NCBI GenBank assembly: GCA_963765205.1
Contig: CAVXVB010000002.1
Coordinates: forward strand, 1 to 64,000
Source: an uncultured Verrucomicrobiae bacterium
Lineage (GTDB): Bacteria > Verrucomicrobiota > Verrucomicrobiia > Opitutales > JABDGR01
DNA length: 64,000 bases
Direction: 5' to 3'
The translations under genes and the position numbers were made by a program. The notes beneath the pieces are model-generated. The model was not told the DNA's origin, made no database searches, and saw nothing but the letters and a program-made list of their open reading frames with translations. Of this stretch, positions 21,021-30,200 are shown one piece after another (the first letter of the stretch is position 1; every line of letters starts with the position of its first letter).

Positions 21021-21968
21021 TCATGTTGCTTGGACGCGCTTCGCCCGCCAGATGAGAAACGCGCCGGCGAGAATCATGAAGAGCGAAAAAAACGTTCCAC
21101 GACTGAGGCCGAGGAGGAGAGGGGCGTCGGGTTCGCGGAAAATTTCGCAGAAGATGCGGACGAGGGCGTAGCCGATAAGGTATTCGCCGGCGAGTTGTCC
21201 GGCCGGCAACGCGCCGGGTTGGCCGGGCGGCTTGCTTTTCCACCAGCGCCATTGGGTGTAGAGGAGCAGGAGCAGGCCTTCGGTCGCGGCTTCGTAAAGT
21301 TGCGAGGGGTGGCGCGGGACGGTGTAGCCGATGATGGTGCTGCCGTCGCGGATGGGGAAAATCATAGCCCAGGGCACGGTGGCGGGCTTGCCCCAGAGTT
21401 CACCGTTGACGAAGTTGGCCAGCCGGCCGAACAGCACGCCGGGCGGCGCGAGCGTCGCCACCACGTCGCCCAAGCGTAAAAAGCCGGGTGGGTTTTTCCG
21501 CGCGAACCACCACAGGCCGAGCAGGCCGCCGATGAATGCGCCGTGGCTGGCCATGCCGCCTTCCCAAATGCGGAAGATCATCGCCGGGTCGGCGAAGAAT
21601 TCCGCGCGCCGGGTGGCGTCGCCGAGGATGACATAGAAGAGGTAATAGCCGAGCCGCCCACCGAGCATGATGCCGAGGATCATGGCGAACAGGAGCGTCG
21701 AGCGCTGGTCGGCGTCGAGCGGCAGGCGGCCTTTGCGCGCGTAGAGCCACATGAGCCAGGACGCGACGAGGAACCCGGCCACGTAAGCCAGCCCATACCA
21801 GCGGATGCCGGGGAGAAACCAGCCGGCGGGGAATCTCACTGCCAGCGGGTCAAATTGGGCGACGTAATAGTGCGCGGCGTCCGGTGGCAGAGGCGCGTCG
21901 CCCGCGGCGGCGCGGACGCCGGGCACAAAGGCGACGGCGAGAAATAAAAGGGTCAGCAAACGCTTCAT
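21021..21968 (-). CDS. lgt: Prolipoprotein diacylglyceryl transferase
   Basis: IRWYGLAY, GGRLGY, WEGGMASHG, GRLANFVNGELWG, RHPSQLYE. Confidence 0.95.
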   Translation of the reverse strand: MKRLLTLLFLAVAFVPGVRAAAGDAPLPPDAAHYYVAQFDPLAVRFPAGWFLPGIRWYGLAYVAGFLVASWLMWLYARKGRLPLDADQRSTLLFAMILGIMLGGRLGYYLFYVILGDATRRAEFFADPAMIFRIWEGGMASHGAFIGGLLGLWWFARKNPPGFLRLGDVVATLAPPGVLFGRLANFVNGELWGKPATVPWAMIFPIRDGSTIIGYTVPRHPSQLYEAATEGLLLLLYTQWRWWKSKPPGQPGALPAGQLAGEYLIGYALVRIFCEIFREPDAPLLLGLSRGTFFSLFMILAGAFLIWRAKRVQAT

Positions 21969-22084
21969 GGATGGGTGGGGGAACGAAACTGCGCATGTAA
22001 CATCCAACATCGAATTTTCAACACCTAACATCCAATTAAAAACCGGTCGTAATGATTCTTCATAGGAAGTTCGATGTTGGATGT

Positions 22085-23374
22085 TCAAAGCGTTTCATTT
22101 TGCACGATTTGCTCGAGGCTTTGACGTTTGCGGATGAGGCGCAGGGTGCCGGTTTCCTCGAGGAGGACCTCGGGGGCTTCGGGGAAGGAATTGTAATTTT
22201 TGGCGCTCATGGCCGCGCAATACGCGCCCGCGCCTTCGATGACGCACAGGTCGCCGATTTCCGCGCGGGCGAGGAGGCGCGGGGCGAGCGTTTCCGGCGC
22301 GCCGGGGGCGGGGGTCAGCAAATCGCCGGATTCGCAGCAATGGCCGACGACGAGGTAATTTTTATTTTCCTGCTTCGCGCGCGCGCGGCCGGTGGCCGGG
22401 ACGACGACGAGGGAGTGCTGCGCGCCGTAGAGGCTGGGGCGCAGGATCTCGGTCATGCCAGCGTCGAGCTTGAGAAAATCATAGCCCTGCGCGCCCGTGG
22501 AGACGATGTCCTGCACGGTGCAAACGAGCGCGCCAGCCTGGGCGACGAGATAGGTGCCCGGCTCGATTTCGAGCCGCAGGCGACGGCCGGATTCGTGCGC
22601 GCGCTCCGCAAAGAGCGCCTTGACCGTCGCGCCGATTTTTTGCAGATCGGTCGTTTTTTCGCCGGCCACGCGCGCGACCTTGAAGCCGCCGCCGAGGTTG
22701 ACGGTCTCGACATCGGGAAATTCGCGGGCGAGGGCGAGCGTCATTTGGGCGACGCGTTCCCAGACCGCCGGGTCGGTGCCCGAGCCGATGTGGGTGTGAA
22801 TCTTGACGACGCGCAGGCGGTGGTTCGAGACGAGTTCATGGACTTGCTCAAGTGTTTCGTGCCAGATGCCGAAACTTGAACCTGGGCCACCGACGTTGGT
22901 CTTGCCGGAGTGGCCCGAGCCGAGACCGGGGTTGAAGCGCAACCCAAGTTTTTTGCCAGGGAATTGCCGGCCAAAACGGTCGAGTTGCTGGAGCGAGCAG
23001 GCGGTGAAGCGGATGCCGCGGTTGTGCAGCGCGGCGAAATTTTCCGGCAGTTCCTGGGTGGCGAGGGAGATTTTTTCGGGCGCGAGGCCGGCGCGCAGGG
23101 CGCGTTCGGCCTCCCAGCCGGAGCTGGCGTCGAAGTGCAGGCCGAGGCTTTCAAAGAAACGCAAAACGGCGGCATTCGGGCAGGCCTTCATGGCGAAGCG
23201 CACGGTCAGACCGAAGGCATGGGGAAAGGCGAGGCAGGCCTGGGCGCTGCGCCGCAGCGTGGCCTGGTCGTAAACATAGGCGGGCGTGCCAAAGCGTGTG
23301 CGCACCGCCGCGACTTGCGCGGCGGTCAGGAAGCGGAGCGGTTCGAGGCCGGGAGAGGCTTTGGGGGAAGGCAT
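22085..23374 (-). CDS. lysA: Diaminopimelate decarboxylase
   Basis: FAMKAC PLP lysine, HTHIGSG, EPGTYL, CESGD, NYNS. Confidence 0.92.
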   Translation of the reverse strand: MPSPKASPGLEPLRFLTAAQVAAVRTRFGTPAYVYDQATLRRSAQACLAFPHAFGLTVRFAMKACPNAAVLRFFESLGLHFDASSGWEAERALRAGLAPEKISLATQELPENFAALHNRGIRFTACSLQQLDRFGRQFPGKKLGLRFNPGLGSGHSGKTNVGGPGSSFGIWHETLEQVHELVSNHRLRVVKIHTHIGSGTDPAVWERVAQMTLALAREFPDVETVNLGGGFKVARVAGEKTTDLQKIGATVKALFAERAHESGRRLRLEIEPGTYLVAQAGALVCTVQDIVSTGAQGYDFLKLDAGMTEILRPSLYGAQHSLVVVPATGRARAKQENKNYLVVGHCCESGDLLTPAPGAPETLAPRLLARAEIGDLCVIEGAGAYCAAMSAKNYNSFPEAPEVLLEETGTLRLIRKRQSLEQIVQNETL

Positions 23375-23518
23375 GGTGCGAGGGGCGAAGGGACAAAGGG
23401 ACAGAGGCACAGAGGGACTAAGTGGCAAGTGAAGATACAAGCCGGGTTGGGGTCTTCAATCACATATATAATAACCTAAATCTTCCCTTTGTCCCTCTGT
23501 CCCTTTGGGCCTTTATTC

Positions 23519-24457
23519 CTAATGCTTCGCCGTCCAGTGGCGGAGGGAGCGGAGGAGGAAGAACTCGAGGGCGGCGTCTTCCTTGAGGTTGACTTCGAGG
23601 AGGCCGGAGATTTTTTCCAAATCGGCAATGGCGCGGGCCAGGCGGGCGGCACGGGCCGCGAGCGTGGTGTTGCTCGCCGAACCGAGCGCAAAATCGCGGG
23701 TGGCCTGCTCTATTTCAACCAGGAGACTGGCGCGCAGGCCTTTGTGCAGGCCGGTTTGCGCGGCGGTGATTTCCTCGTCGTCGAGACCTTCAGGCAGTTC
23801 GGTTTTGGCCTTTTCCCAGGCAGCATCGGTGAGGCGGTGGAGGATAGCCTCAAAACGCGCACCGAGGCCGTAGGCGGTGAGCACGAGTTCGCCGGGCGGG
23901 ATTTTTTCAGTGCCGGTGAGACGCGTGAGCCAGGCGGTGTAATTAGCGCGCCAGGCGTGCCATTCTTCGTCGGCCAAGGGCGCGGAGGCGGCGGGCAGGC
24001 GGAGGTGGAAACAGCGGCTGCGGATGGTCGGGAGCAAATCGTTCGGGCGGGTGGTCAGCAAAAAAAGCGTGGTGCCGTCGGGCGGTTCCTCGAGGGTTTT
24101 GAGCAGGGCGTTTGAGGTGGGCGCCTGCATCCGGTCGGCCTCGTAAACGACGCCGACTTTGCGCGGGCCGGCAGAGGCGGTGAGCTGGATTTTGCGCAGG
24201 AACTCGCGCAGGTCGTCCACCTTGATGAAGCGGGCTTTGCCGGAGGGACGCAGGGCGAAAAAGTCCGGGTGCTTGGTGGCGTCGCCGGCGTTGAGCAGGC
24301 GGGCGGCGAGTTCCTCGCAGGCGGCGGCGAGGGCGGGGGGATGGTCGCCGTGGACGAGGATGGCGTGGGTCAGCCGCCCGCGCGCGAGGGCGGCGGTGAA
24401 CGCGCGCAGGGAGCGCGGCGCGGAGTCCGGCTCAACCGTGGCGGCGTTGGAATTCAT
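23519..24457 (-). CDS. holB: DNA polymerase III delta' subunit
   Basis: HPDF, NALLKTLEEPP, LPTIRSRC. Follows tmk. Confidence 0.88.
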   Translation of the reverse strand: MNSNAATVEPDSAPRSLRAFTAALARGRLTHAILVHGDHPPALAAACEELAARLLNAGDATKHPDFFALRPSGKARFIKVDDLREFLRKIQLTASAGPRKVGVVYEADRMQAPTSNALLKTLEEPPDGTTLFLLTTRPNDLLPTIRSRCFHLRLPAASAPLADEEWHAWRANYTAWLTRLTGTEKIPPGELVLTAYGLGARFEAILHRLTDAAWEKAKTELPEGLDDEEITAAQTGLHKGLRASLLVEIEQATRDFALGSASNTTLAARAARLARAIADLEKISGLLEVNLKEDAALEFFLLRSLRHWTAKH

Positions 24458-25079
24458 GCCAGATGGTATCGGTGATTTGTTCGGTGGGCAGGGTGCCGTC
24501 CACGACGAGGAAGCGGGCAGGCTGGGAGCGGGCGAGCAGAAGGTAGCCTTCGCGCACGCGCTGGTAGAAATCAATGTTCTCCTGCTCGAGGCGGTCGGGC
24601 AGGTCGCTGGCGCGGCGGCGGGCGCGCGCGAGGCCGACTTCGGCGGGCACGTCCAGCACGACGGTCAGGTCGGGGAGCAGCCCGCCGATGGCAAAGTGGT
24701 TGATGACCGCGACGGGATCGGCAGAGAGCTGGCGGGCCACGCCTTGATAAACGGTGGTGGAATCAAGGAAACGGTCGCACAGAATAATCTTGCCCGCGCG
24801 CACGGCGGGGAGAATGACTTCGCGGACGAGCTGCGCGCGGCAGGCGGCGAAGAGGAGCAACTCCGTCTCGGGGAACATGGCGTGGCCGCTTTGGGCGTGT
24901 TTGAGCAGGTGGCGGATGGTTTCGCCGATTTCCGTGCCGCCCGGCTCGCGGGTGACGACGACAGCGTGGCCGGCGGCTTGGAGGCGCGCGGCGAGGAGGT
25001 CAATCTGGGTGGACTTGCCGCTGCCTTCGGAGCCTTCGAAGGAGAGGAAGAACGGGCGGGTGGAATGCGGCGCGGTCAT
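24432..25079 (-). CDS. tmk: Thymidylate kinase
   Basis: FEGSEGSGKSTQ, TREPGGT, CDRFLDSTTVYQG. Confidence 0.95.
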   Translation of the reverse strand: MTAPHSTRPFFLSFEGSEGSGKSTQIDLLAARLQAAGHAVVVTREPGGTEIGETIRHLLKHAQSGHAMFPETELLLFAACRAQLVREVILPAVRAGKIILCDRFLDSTTVYQGVARQLSADPVAVINHFAIGGLLPDLTVVLDVPAEVGLARARRRASDLPDRLEQENIDFYQRVREGYLLLARSQPARFLVVDGTLPTEQITDTIWHEFQRRHG

Positions 25080-25129
25080 GGGCGAACCCGATTGAATCGA
25101 AATGCAGCGGCGCGACAACGCAAATTCAC

Positions 25130-26242
25130 CTACCAGGCGCGCAGGAAGGCCTTGATTTCGTCGAGGCTGGGGCTGTGGGCATTGCGCACGTAGAAGCCGG
25201 AGACGGATACGGCGACCATTAGGCAGCAGGGCGGGGGCAGGCCGAGCAGTTGGGCGGTCATGAAGCCGGCATTAAAATTGTCGCCGCCGCCGGTGGTGAT
25301 GACGGGCTGGCCGCAATGGGGGCCGTCCACCCACCAGGCGCCGTCGCGTGTGGCGGCGGCCGCGCCGTTGATCGGGTGGATGACGACTTGGGCGATGTTC
25401 AATTTTTCGCGGATGCCTTGCGCGGCGGATTGGAGATTTTCGGATGTGAACGCAGCGAGCGGCACGCCGAGCACGGCGGCGACTTGCTGGCCTTCGGAAA
25501 GATTGAGGCCGAGCGTGGCGTCGCCGAATTTTTGAAAACGCGCGAGGGCGGCGAGACCCTGGCGCAATTCCTCGCGCAGGCGCTTGGCGGGGTCGGCGAG
25601 GTCGAAAAAGAATTGGCGCGGGCGGGGCGCGAGCGCGGGCAGCGTCTGCGCCAGCAAGCCTTCGAAAATTTCGGTCATGTAGGGTGTTTGGGTCCAGTTG
25701 ACGAGGGCGATGAGGTCGGCGCGGGCGAGCAAATCGAGCAGGGCGGGTGCGCCGACGGCTTCGACGAGGCGGGCGTAGGTCAACTCTTCGAGCGCGGCGG
25801 GTTCGCCGAGCATCAATTTGCCGTCGGGGAATTCGAGGGCATGGGTGATGCCGGGGTTGGCGAGGGAAATGGCTGACGTTTTTTGCGCGAAGTCCTGGAA
25901 AATCGGGTGAGGGGCGGGGCGGCCGAGCGCGCCGAGGTAGCGCACGCCGAAGTCCGCCGCGAGGAGCGCGCGCGCCATGAGCGGGCCGTTGCCGCCGAGT
26001 TGTTCGCGCTGCACGAACAACTCGATGTTGGTGCTTTTGCCGGCGGCGGCGGCGATGCGCTCGCCAAACGCGGCGAGGCCGGAAAAGGGGACAAAGTTCT
26101 CGCCCAGCCCCGTGCGTTGCGCGACGGCGTGGATGATGCGGTCAATGAAGCCGTCGAAGCCGACGACGGCGAGGCGGGCGGGGGCAAGGTGGCTGTTGCG
26201 CGAGAGTTCGTCGAAGGTGAATTGGCGGAAGGCGGAGGGCAT
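25130..26242 (-). CDS. PfkB-family carbohydrate kinase
   Basis: GGNG N-terminal motif and TTGGGDNFNAGF. Confidence 0.8.
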   Translation of the reverse strand: MPSAFRQFTFDELSRNSHLAPARLAVVGFDGFIDRIIHAVAQRTGLGENFVPFSGLAAFGERIAAAAGKSTNIELFVQREQLGGNGPLMARALLAADFGVRYLGALGRPAPHPIFQDFAQKTSAISLANPGITHALEFPDGKLMLGEPAALEELTYARLVEAVGAPALLDLLARADLIALVNWTQTPYMTEIFEGLLAQTLPALAPRPRQFFFDLADPAKRLREELRQGLAALARFQKFGDATLGLNLSEGQQVAAVLGVPLAAFTSENLQSAAQGIREKLNIAQVVIHPINGAAAATRDGAWWVDGPHCGQPVITTGGGDNFNAGFMTAQLLGLPPPCCLMVAVSVSGFYVRNAHSPSLDEIKAFLRAW

Positions 26243-26430
26243 GAGGCGGGGAAAGTAAGGATGAAGGATGAGGGATGAAGGATGAAGAGAGAATGGAAGA
26301 TGGAAAATGGAAGATGGAAGATGGAAAAAGAAGAAACGAAAACTCTGGTGAGGGCGGGGTGGGGCGGCAAATGGAAAACTCCAGGCTGTGAAATTCGGCA
26401 ATTTTGGATTGCACCTTGCGTTGGGCAGGC

Positions 26431-26467
26431 AAAAAAATCTCCTTCGGGCTTGAAAGCCCGAAGGAGA
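26431..26467 (-). terminator. Rho-independent terminator of the collagen-OmpA gene
   Basis: 13-bp perfect stem tctccttcgggct/agcccgaaggaga with 4-nt loop and T7 on the minus strand, 53 bp after the stop. Confidence 0.85.
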
Positions 26468-26519
26468 CGTTGGGAAGGCGTGAGGGTCACGCCGTCTGGT
26501 ATATGAGTCTGTCGCCGGT

Positions 26520-27494
26520 TTAGTTGGCGGTGGCGAAGAGGACTTCGATGCGGCGGTCTTGATGCGTGGAGGCATCGCCGAACGCGCCGATTTTAATCCG
26601 GTTGGCCGGCACGCCCGCATTGATCAGGGAGAGGCGCACCGCTTCAATGCGGCGGTCGTCCAGCTTCTGATCCTTGGGGTCGGTGCCGTTGGGGGCCATG
26701 GTTCCATCAATGCCGATCTCGAGCGAGGGGTTGGCAATCAGGTAAGCGGCGATATCGGCGCTTTTGACCGCATCCGTGCTCTGGACCTGGGCATCATCGT
26801 AGGCAAACGTGTAGTTGCGATAGGACATCCAATGGCCGACGATGCCCGCGACGCCGGTGTTGCCTTGCATCCCGGTGGCGCCTTGCGCGCCGTTGGCACC
26901 CGCGAAGCCGCTTGCTCCGGCGACGCCTGCCGTCGTGCTGCCTTGCACGCCTTCGGTTCCACTGACGCCTTGAGCGCCGGTTTCGCCGGTGAAGCCCTCG
27001 GGGCCGGTCGGCCCGTAAAGGGTGGAACCCTGGGCACCGGTGGCACCCGTGGCACCCTGCTCACCCACCGCGCCAGTTGCGCCGGTGGCGCCAGCGTAGC
27101 CAGCCAGGCTTGCGCCCTGCTCGCCGGTGGCACCAGTGAGGCCTTGCGCGCCCGTGGCACCCGTTAGTCCGGTGCGGCCAGGAGCGCCGCGCAGGGTTTC
27201 GCCGGCTGCGCCGGTGGCGCCGGTGGCACCTTGGGGGCCGGTGGGACCGGTCGCGCCGTCCGCGCCGCGGATACCCATCATGGCGACACCAGGAGCGCCT
27301 TGCGCGCCAACGGCACCTTGAGCACCCGTCGCGCCCGTGGCGCCATCCGGGCCGCGGGGGCCGACGAGGCTATTCGAGTTATCCATGGGCGGGTTGTAGA
27401 TGGGAGCTTGAGCAGCAGGCTGGGAAGCAGGTTGCGTGGAGCAACCGGCGACTAAGATCGCGGAAACCGCGATGAGGATGAGTTTGTTTTTCAT
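26520..27494 (-). CDS. Lipoprotein with collagen-like Gly-X-Y region and C-terminal OmpA/Pal-like domain
   Basis: Lipobox VAGC, ~178-aa GXY region, then LEIGIDG...[23 protein letters not shown]...DRRIEV. Confidence 0.85.
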   Translation of the reverse strand: MKNKLILIAVSAILVAGCSTQPASQPAAQAPIYNPPMDNSNSLVGPRGPDGATGATGAQGAVGAQGAPGVAMMGIRGADGATGPTGPQGATGATGAAGETLRGAPGRTGLTGATGAQGLTGATGEQGASLAGYAGATGATGAVGEQGATGATGAQGSTLYGPTGPEGFTGETGAQGVSGTEGVQGSTTAGVAGASGFAGANGAQGATGMQGNTGVAGIVGHWMSYRNYTFAYDDAQVQSTDAVKSADIAAYLIANPSLEIGIDGTMAPNGTDPKDQKLDDRRIEAVRLSLINAGVPANRIKIGAFGDASTHQDRRIEVLFATAN

Positions 27495-27774
27495 AAGATT
27501 TAATTTTTGCAAGATGGAGAATGAGCCTCGGCTTCGATCGGCGTTGGTTTCCGCGGGTGGCGAGAAGGCAGTGCCGGTGACGGTTGAGTCCCTTGACCGC
27601 ACTAGCATAGTGCAAGGGGCCGTCCGTCTCTATGGGGTGTAACCCGACGAGCGCCGAAGGGCGCGCGGGTTAGGCGGGAGCGAACCGGCGGGCACCCTCT
27701 CCGACGAAATTTTTGCGGCTGATTGAACGAGGATTGCCAATGGCAAATCAAAGAGGTAAAAGTTTCCACAGAAT

Positions 27775-28672
27775 ATGCTGACTATACTTTCGAGCCTGTC
27801 TTGGTCCGCCGGGGGCGCCGCGGCTGCTGCTGGCGGCCGCGGGCGGGAATTTCAATCTTTGGGCGACGTTCCAGAACGCCGAGATATTCGGGCAGATCAT
27901 CGTCGTGTTACTGATGTTTTTCAGCCTGCTGGCGTGGACGGTGATGATCAGCAAGCATCTGGAGCTGACAAATTGGCGGGGGGAGAACCGGGGTTTCCAG
28001 GCGCGGTTGCGCGAGACGGAGCGGTTAATGCAGCAGACGGTATCCCCGGCCCTGCGCCAACGCGTGCCCTATGCGCGGCTGTTTTATGATGCCATTGAGG
28101 CGGCGCGCCAGCACGCGGCGGACCGCGACCCGGCGGTGCGCATGGGGCTGATCGAGAACGCGCTGCAACGCGGGGTGGGCGATGAATGCGTGCGCTATGA
28201 GCGCAAGATGGTGCTGTTGGGGTCGCTGGTGTCGGGCGCGCCGTTCATGGGGCTGCTGGGGACGGTGGTGGGGGTGATGGTGGCGTTCAACGGGATGGGC
28301 CAGGCGGGGGGTTCGACGCTGCAAAACATCGCGCCGGGGGTGGCGTCGGCGCTGCTGGCCACGGTGTGCGGGCTGCTGGTGGCGATTCCGTCGGTGTTTG
28401 GCTATAACTTTCTTTTGTCGCAGACGAAGATCATGATCACGGAGCTGGAAAATTTCGCGAGTTGGCTGGCGGATCGGATGGAACTGGAGATGGAAGCACA
28501 GAAGATCGTGCCGTTCCAGCAGCAGCCCGCCGCCCACCCGGTGGCACCGGCGGCGCCGGTGGGTTATCCTCCGGCTGCGTCCACGCCCGCATCCGCAGCC
28601 CGCCCGGCCGCCCCGCCACCACCGCCCGTCGCCGAACGCTACCTGCGTTTCGATGTTTCCGAGGATGAGTAA
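27775..28672 (+). CDS. MotA/TolQ/ExbB proton channel (frameshift in G5 at 27811-27815)
   Basis: APFMGLLGTVVGVM, APGVASALLATVCGLLVAIPS. Removing one G joins the ATG at 27775 to the main frame. Confidence 0.88.
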
Positions 28673-28696
28673 AGCCACTCTAACCGAGCATCCGCC

Positions 28697-29116
28697 ATGG
28701 CCCGAGTATTCAAACGCCGCGACCGCCTGAACGCGATGTCGGAGATCAACATCACGTCGTTGCTCGACCTGGTCTTTTGCCTGCTGATCATCTTCATGAT
28801 CACGGCGACGGTGATCGAACAGACGGTGCCGATCAACCTGCCGACGCAGCCGCGCGACCCGTCCGCGGGCCGCGACCAACAACAGAAATACGTCGCGGTC
28901 ACGATGGACCAGCAGGGTAATTACTTTTTTGAGAAAAACCCGGTGACCGCCGAGGAGTTGCGCGCACAGCTTAAAGTGCTGGCCGCGCAGCCCGACCCGC
29001 CCACCATCGCCATCCGAATGGATCCCACGCTGCACGTCCAGCAGTTCATTGATTTGAAGACGATCATCTCCCAAGCGGGGCTGAGCAAGGCAACCGTGGA
29101 CACTCAGTCGAAATAA
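28697..29116 (+). CDS. ExbD/TolR family protein
   Basis: SEINITSLLDLVFCLLIIFMIT. Confidence 0.9.
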   Translation: MARVFKRRDRLNAMSEINITSLLDLVFCLLIIFMITATVIEQTVPINLPTQPRDPSAGRDQQQKYVAVTMDQQGNYFFEKNPVTAEELRAQLKVLAAQPDPPTIAIRMDPTLHVQQFIDLKTIISQAGLSKATVDTQSK

Positions 29117-29971
29117 ATGTCTCTTTCCGTGCCCTATCGAGAGGAATCGCGCACACCGCTGGCCTTCGGCCTGTCGGTGCTGCTGCATGGGCTGGCGGTG
29201 GTGGCGGTCGTGGCTTTTCTCTGGAGGCACCCGGTGCCTGCGCCCCCGCCGCCGCTGGTTTTTGAACTGGAAGCCGGGCCGACTTCCGATACGCCGACCC
29301 CGGATGAATCGGCAGCACCGGACCAGTTGTCCCTGCCCGACATGGCGACGCCGACGTTTGCGAAACTTCCGCCGACGCCGGACGTAACTCCGCCAGCGCA
29401 ACCCCAAATGCAGCCGGCGCCGATAGTGAAACCGGCGCCCGTCCCGGTCAAAACCGTGACGCCGATACCTGATCACAATGTCAAGCCTGCGTCCAAACCC
29501 GCACCGAAGCCCTTGGCCAATACGACGACTACGACCGACCTGGCCACATGGGAGAAGAATCATCCCGCGGCCAATCCCGCGTCTGCGGCCACGACTATGG
29601 CGCGAAGAGGTATCGCACCGAAGGTCGGCATTGACGTCGGCAACATTGTGAACCCGCTAAGCAATCGAGGCGCACGCGGCGACACCCATGCCCCGGCTGC
29701 GCCCGGCACAAGTGATGATTATATCATGAAAATTGTAGCGCGGCTGAAGGCGGCTTTTGCACTGCCTGGCGGGGTTTCCGGCCTGAGCGAGAATGTAAGG
29801 TTGACGATTGCGGCGGACGGCAAGGTGGTGGAGGCCGTCCCGGTGGGTTCTTCGGGCAACGAACAATTTGATGCGGCGGTGCGGGCGGCGCTGGAGAGCG
29901 TTACTCAAGTCGAGCCACCGCCGGGCGGGCAGGAAGTCACCTACACATTCATCTACACACCGGAGCCTTAA
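29117..29971 (+). CDS. TolA/TonB-like energy transducer
   Basis: N-terminal TM with SxxxH (SVLLH), Pro-rich linker, C-terminal SSGNEQFDAAVRAA. Confidence 0.82.
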   Translation: MSLSVPYREESRTPLAFGLSVLLHGLAVVAVVAFLWRHPVPAPPPPLVFELEAGPTSDTPTPDESAAPDQLSLPDMATPTFAKLPPTPDVTPPAQPQMQPAPIVKPAPVPVKTVTPIPDHNVKPASKPAPKPLANTTTTTDLATWEKNHPAANPASAATTMARRGIAPKVGIDVGNIVNPLSNRGARGDTHAPAAPGTSDDYIMKIVARLKAAFALPGGVSGLSENVRLTIAADGKVVEAVPVGSSGNEQFDAAVRAALESVTQVEPPPGGQEVTYTFIYTPEP

Positions 29972-30200
29972 GAGGGTGTGAAGCCAGCGAGTAGTTCAGG
30001 ATGGAAGGGCCATACCAAGGGCCACAATTTCCGTAACAAATATGTTAAAAAGACGCTTAAATATAAGATTTACAGGCAAAGAAATGGGGATTATTTCTTA
30101 GGGTGTTTACCGAGGTTAAAATGGGCCGATAAAACCTTGACGGATTGCCGCCACCAGCCAAGCTCAGTTCACCCCCCCAAATAGCCGTCGGCAACCCCTC

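Noticed and set aside
27639..27673. Hairpin between the collagen-OmpA gene and tolQ
   Set aside because: A single GC-rich stem with nothing else to support a regulatory call.
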